From positions 2,784,001-2,848,000 of the forward strand of contig OZ255842.1 of assembly GCA_965277805.1 (NCBI GenBank): DNA of 64,000 bases, read 5' to 3'. The stretch is from Candidatus Lustribacter sp. Lineage in GTDB: Bacteria; Vulcanimicrobiota; Vulcanimicrobiia; Vulcanimicrobiales; Vulcanimicrobiaceae. The translations under genes were made by a program, and so were the position numbers. The notes beneath the pieces were generated by a model. That model was not told where the DNA came from, did no database searches, and worked only from the letters and a program-made list of their open reading frames with translations. Shown here piece after piece: positions 60,926-64,000 of this stretch. How positions within the stretch are numbered: the stretch's first letter is position 1; every line of letters starts with the position of its first letter.

Positions 60926-62193
60926 CAGCGGCCGCCGCTGCTGTAGCGCCGCACGCTGACGGTTTCGCCGGCGTCGATCCTCGCATTGCCGGGCCCGACC
61001 ACGACGTAGCCGTGCGTGCGCGCCAACAGGCTCGTGTTCGCCGAGTGCAACGCCAAGGGCGACGTGTACACGTGGCCGCCGGCGTAGCGAATTTCAGCCG
61101 GAATGAACCACGTCCAGCCGTCGCGCCCGGCGAACGGCCGCTCGACGACGGCAGCGATCGAGTTGTCCGGGGTCGCCGACTCGCCGGCGAGGCGCGAGAA
61201 GACCGGGGCCGCCACGGCTTCCAGGATCATCAACGAGGAAGCGGGGTTGCCGGGCAAACCGATGACCGGCTTGCCGTCGAGCATCGCGAACACCGTCGGC
61301 TTGCCGGGCTTCACCCGCAGGCCGTGGACGATGACGCCGGGCTTTCCCAATTGGTCGATGACGCGCGGGGTCAGATCGCGCACGCCGACCGACGATCCGC
61401 CCGTCAGCACGACCGCATCGGCAACGGCGAGGGCCGAGCGCAGTGCATCGGCCAGGGCTTCGGGCGTATCGATGGCCACCGGACGCTGTACGGGCAGGCA
61501 GCCGAGAGCGATCAGCGAGCCGGCGATGGCCCAGCGGTTCGAATCGCGCACCTGGCCGCGGCCCGGTTTGCTGGCGGCGTCGACCAGCTCGTCGCCGGTG
61601 GAAACGATGGCCACCCGGGGTTGCCGGTACACCGGTACGCTGGCGATCCCGAGCGTGGCCAGCACGGCCAACTCCGGCCCGCCGATCCGGCGGCCGGCTT
61701 CGAGCACGCAGTCGCCCGGACGCATGTCCGACCCGGCGGGCGTGATGTTCTCGCCGGGCTCGAGGGTTTCGATCGGAACGATCATTGGGGCGTCACCGGC
61801 CTGCGTTTCGACCGTGTCTTCTACCGGAACGACCGCGTCGGCCCCGGCCGGGACGACGCCGCCGGTCGGAATGCGCATCGCCTCGCCCGGGCGGATGCCC
61901 GCCGGCGGCGCATGGCCCATCCGTACTTCCCCCGTAACCCGGCGCCCGCTGCGGCCATCGGCCGCGACCACGGCAAAGCCGTCCATCGTCGAACGCGCAT
62001 CGGCGGGATAATCGGAATCGGCCACGGCTGCGACGGCGAGGATGCGGCCGGCCGCATCCGCGAGCCCAACGTACTCAACTGCCGGCGGCGCGATCGTGAC
62101 GGCTGCGAAGTACGCGGCGCGGGCTTCCTCCGGCGTGAGGAGCTGCTCGACGTCGAACCCCTCGCCCGGTTTGAGAACTTGCGGTGCGGCCAT
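60925..62193 (-). CDS. moeA: Molybdopterin molybdenumtransferase
   Basis: STMDGFAV, STGDEL, TGGSSVG.RD, KPGKP, LPGNP. Confidence 0.95.
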   Translation of the reverse strand: MAAPQVLKPGEGFDVEQLLTPEEARAAYFAAVTIAPPAVEYVGLADAAGRILAVAAVADSDYPADARSTMDGFAVVAADGRSGRRVTGEVRMGHAPPAGIRPGEAMRIPTGGVVPAGADAVVPVEDTVETQAGDAPMIVPIETLEPGENITPAGSDMRPGDCVLEAGRRIGGPELAVLATLGIASVPVYRQPRVAIVSTGDELVDAASKPGRGQVRDSNRWAIAGSLIALGCLPVQRPVAIDTPEALADALRSALAVADAVVLTGGSSVGVRDLTPRVIDQLGKPGVIVHGLRVKPGKPTVFAMLDGKPVIGLPGNPASSLMILEAVAAPVFSRLAGESATPDNSIAAVVERPFAGRDGWTWFIPAEIRYAGGHVYTSPLALHSANTSLLARTHGYVVVGPGNARIDAGETVSVRRYSSGGR

Positions 62194-62253
62194 GAAACCA
62201 AAATTCTGCGTTGCACGCAAATACCCGTGCTCCGGCGAAAGCGGGTGCCCTTA

Positions 62254-63567
62254 ATGCTGGACCTCAACCTTTTGCGCAGCGATCCCGAGCGCGTCCGTAT
62301 CTCGGCGCGCCGGCGCGGCCAAAGCGACGCTTTCGTCGATCGCATCCTCGAACTCGACGCCGAGCGCCGCGCCGCGCTCACCAGCGCCGAAGGCCTCAAA
62401 GCTGAGAAGAATGCGCTGACGGCCTCGATCTCCAAAGCTGCCGATCGCGCCGCCGAGGCCGCGCGGCTCAAGCCGGAAATCGCGGCGCTCGACGCGCGCA
62501 TCGCGGCAGCGGCCGAAAAGCTGCCGGACTTCGACGAACGGATGAACGCCTTGCTGAGCGAGGTTCCCAACGTGCTCGACCCGACCGTGCCCGACGGCAC
62601 GGGCGAAGAGCAAAACGCGCTCGTGCGCAAGTGGGGCACCCCGCAAACGTTTGCGTTCGAACCCAAGCCGCATTGGGAGATCGCCGAAGCGCTGGGGATT
62701 CTCGACACCGAACGCGCGGCGAAGATCTCCGGCAGCCGGTTTGCGATCCTGCGCGGCCCGGGGGCGCGGCTCTCGCGCGCGATCGCGGCCTTCTTCCTCG
62801 ATCGCGCCGCCCGCGCCGGCTATCTCGAAATCGAGCCGCCGGTGCTCGTGACGAAGTCGACGATGTGGTCGACCGGCCAATTGACGAAGTTCGCCGATGC
62901 GATGTTCAGCGATCCGACGGTGGATCTGTTCCTGATTCCGACGGCCGAAGTGCCGCTGACCGCAATGCATCGCGACGAGATCCTCAGCGCCGACGCGCTG
63001 CCGCTGCAGTACGCCGCGCACACGCCGTGTTTTCGCAAAGAAGCCGGCGCCGCCGGCAAAGACACGCGCGGCTTGATCCGCCAGCACCAGTTCGAGAAAG
63101 TCGAACTCGTGTGGTTGACGCAGCCGGAGCGTTCGTTCGACGACCTCGAAGGGCTCACGGCGCACGCATCGTCGCTGCTCGCCGAGCTCGGCCTCGCCCA
63201 TCGCGTGATGCTGCTGTGCGCGGGCGACACGGGCTTCAATTCTGCGAAGACGTACGATCTGGAAGTCTGGCTGCCCAGCGGCGGCGGTGTGTTTCGCGAG
63301 ATCAGCTCGTGTTCGAACTGCACCGATTTTCAAGCGCGGCGCTCGGCGATTCGTTTCCGGCGCGACGCGAAGGCGAAGCCCGAGTTCGTGCACACGCTCA
63401 ACGGCTCAGGTTTGGCGATTGGGCGCACGCTCGTCGCGATCATCGAGAACTACCAGCGCGCCGACGGCGGTATCGACATCCCGCCCGCATTGCAGCCGTT
63501 TGCCGGCTTCACGTCGATCGAGCCCGGCGGCGGCACGCGCGGAGAACCCCCGTCGACGCCGCGGTAA
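62254..63567 (+). CDS. serS: Serine--tRNA ligase
   Basis: MLDLNLLR, LIPTAEVPL, FRKEAG, GLIRQHQFEKVE, EISSCSNCTDFQARR, HTLNGSGLA. Confidence 0.98.
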   Translation: MLDLNLLRSDPERVRISARRRGQSDAFVDRILELDAERRAALTSAEGLKAEKNALTASISKAADRAAEAARLKPEIAALDARIAAAAEKLPDFDERMNALLSEVPNVLDPTVPDGTGEEQNALVRKWGTPQTFAFEPKPHWEIAEALGILDTERAAKISGSRFAILRGPGARLSRAIAAFFLDRAARAGYLEIEPPVLVTKSTMWSTGQLTKFADAMFSDPTVDLFLIPTAEVPLTAMHRDEILSADALPLQYAAHTPCFRKEAGAAGKDTRGLIRQHQFEKVELVWLTQPERSFDDLEGLTAHASSLLAELGLAHRVMLLCAGDTGFNSAKTYDLEVWLPSGGGVFREISSCSNCTDFQARRSAIRFRRDAKAKPEFVHTLNGSGLAIGRTLVAIIENYQRADGGIDIPPALQPFAGFTSIEPGGGTRGEPPSTPR

Positions 63568-64000
63568 TCGTCTACGCCGCGCGGCTCTTGCAGGCCGGCG
63601 GCGTGGTCGCACTTCCCACGGAGACGGTCTACGGTCTCGCGGCCGACGTGACGAACGCGGCCGCCGTGCGCCGCATCTACGCGATCAAAGGCCGGCCGCT
63701 CGATCACCCGTTGATCGTGCACTTGCCGGGCGCGGAGCTGCTCGAACGGTACGCCGTCGACGTACCGGACGCGGCGCACAAACTCGCCGCGGCGTTCTGG
63801 CCGGGGCCGCTGACGATCGTGCTGCGTAAGGCGGAGGAAGTTCCGTTCTATGTCACGGGCGGACAATCGACGGTCGCGCTGCGCACGATCGATCATCCGC
63901 TCACGCGCGCCATTCTCGCGCGCTTCGGCAGCGCAGTTGCGGCGCCGTCGGCGAATCGCTTCGGACGCGTCAGCCCGACCACCGCCGAACACGTGCACGC
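63552..64000 (+). CDS. tsaC: L-threonylcarbamoyladenylate synthase (Sua5/TsaC), partial; start uncertain
   Basis: Manual translation: VVALPTETVYGL, IYAIKGRPLDHPLIVH, FWPGPLTIVL, AAPSANRFG..SPT. Confidence 0.93.

Overview
High-GC bacterial chromosome segment with Firmicutes-like core gene order (nusA-ylxR-infB-rbfA; accC-nusB-xseAB-tlyA-nadK-recN; folC-folP-folB-folK; tilS-hpt-ftsH; yabE-rsmA) that also encodes outer-membrane-type proteins and an ExbBDD-TonB system. This fits a diderm Terrabacteria lineage such as Eremiobacterota (inference only). I found no tRNA, rRNA, CRISPR array or transposase. Main points of interest: (1) a ~5.7 kb, partly decayed polysaccharide locus between nusA and rimP that combines an NfrB-type synthase, a TPR/beta-barrel exporter, two AlgJ/AlgX-type acyltransferases, an unannotated 48-aa DltX-like micro-protein, a DltD-like SGNH protein and an MBOAT remnant; (2) an accB-position biotin-carrier homolog lacking the biotinylated Lys, resembling plant BADC proteins; (3) a Rho with an intact RNA-binding domain but degenerate ATPase motifs; (4) a LexA box inside a clear sigma70 promoter upstream of an RNase H-like unknown gene and mpg; (5) a pair of secreted M16 peptidase homologs that both lack HxxEH; (6) several genes that appear to use non-canonical start codons. 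All family calls come from motif recognition by eye, not database searches.
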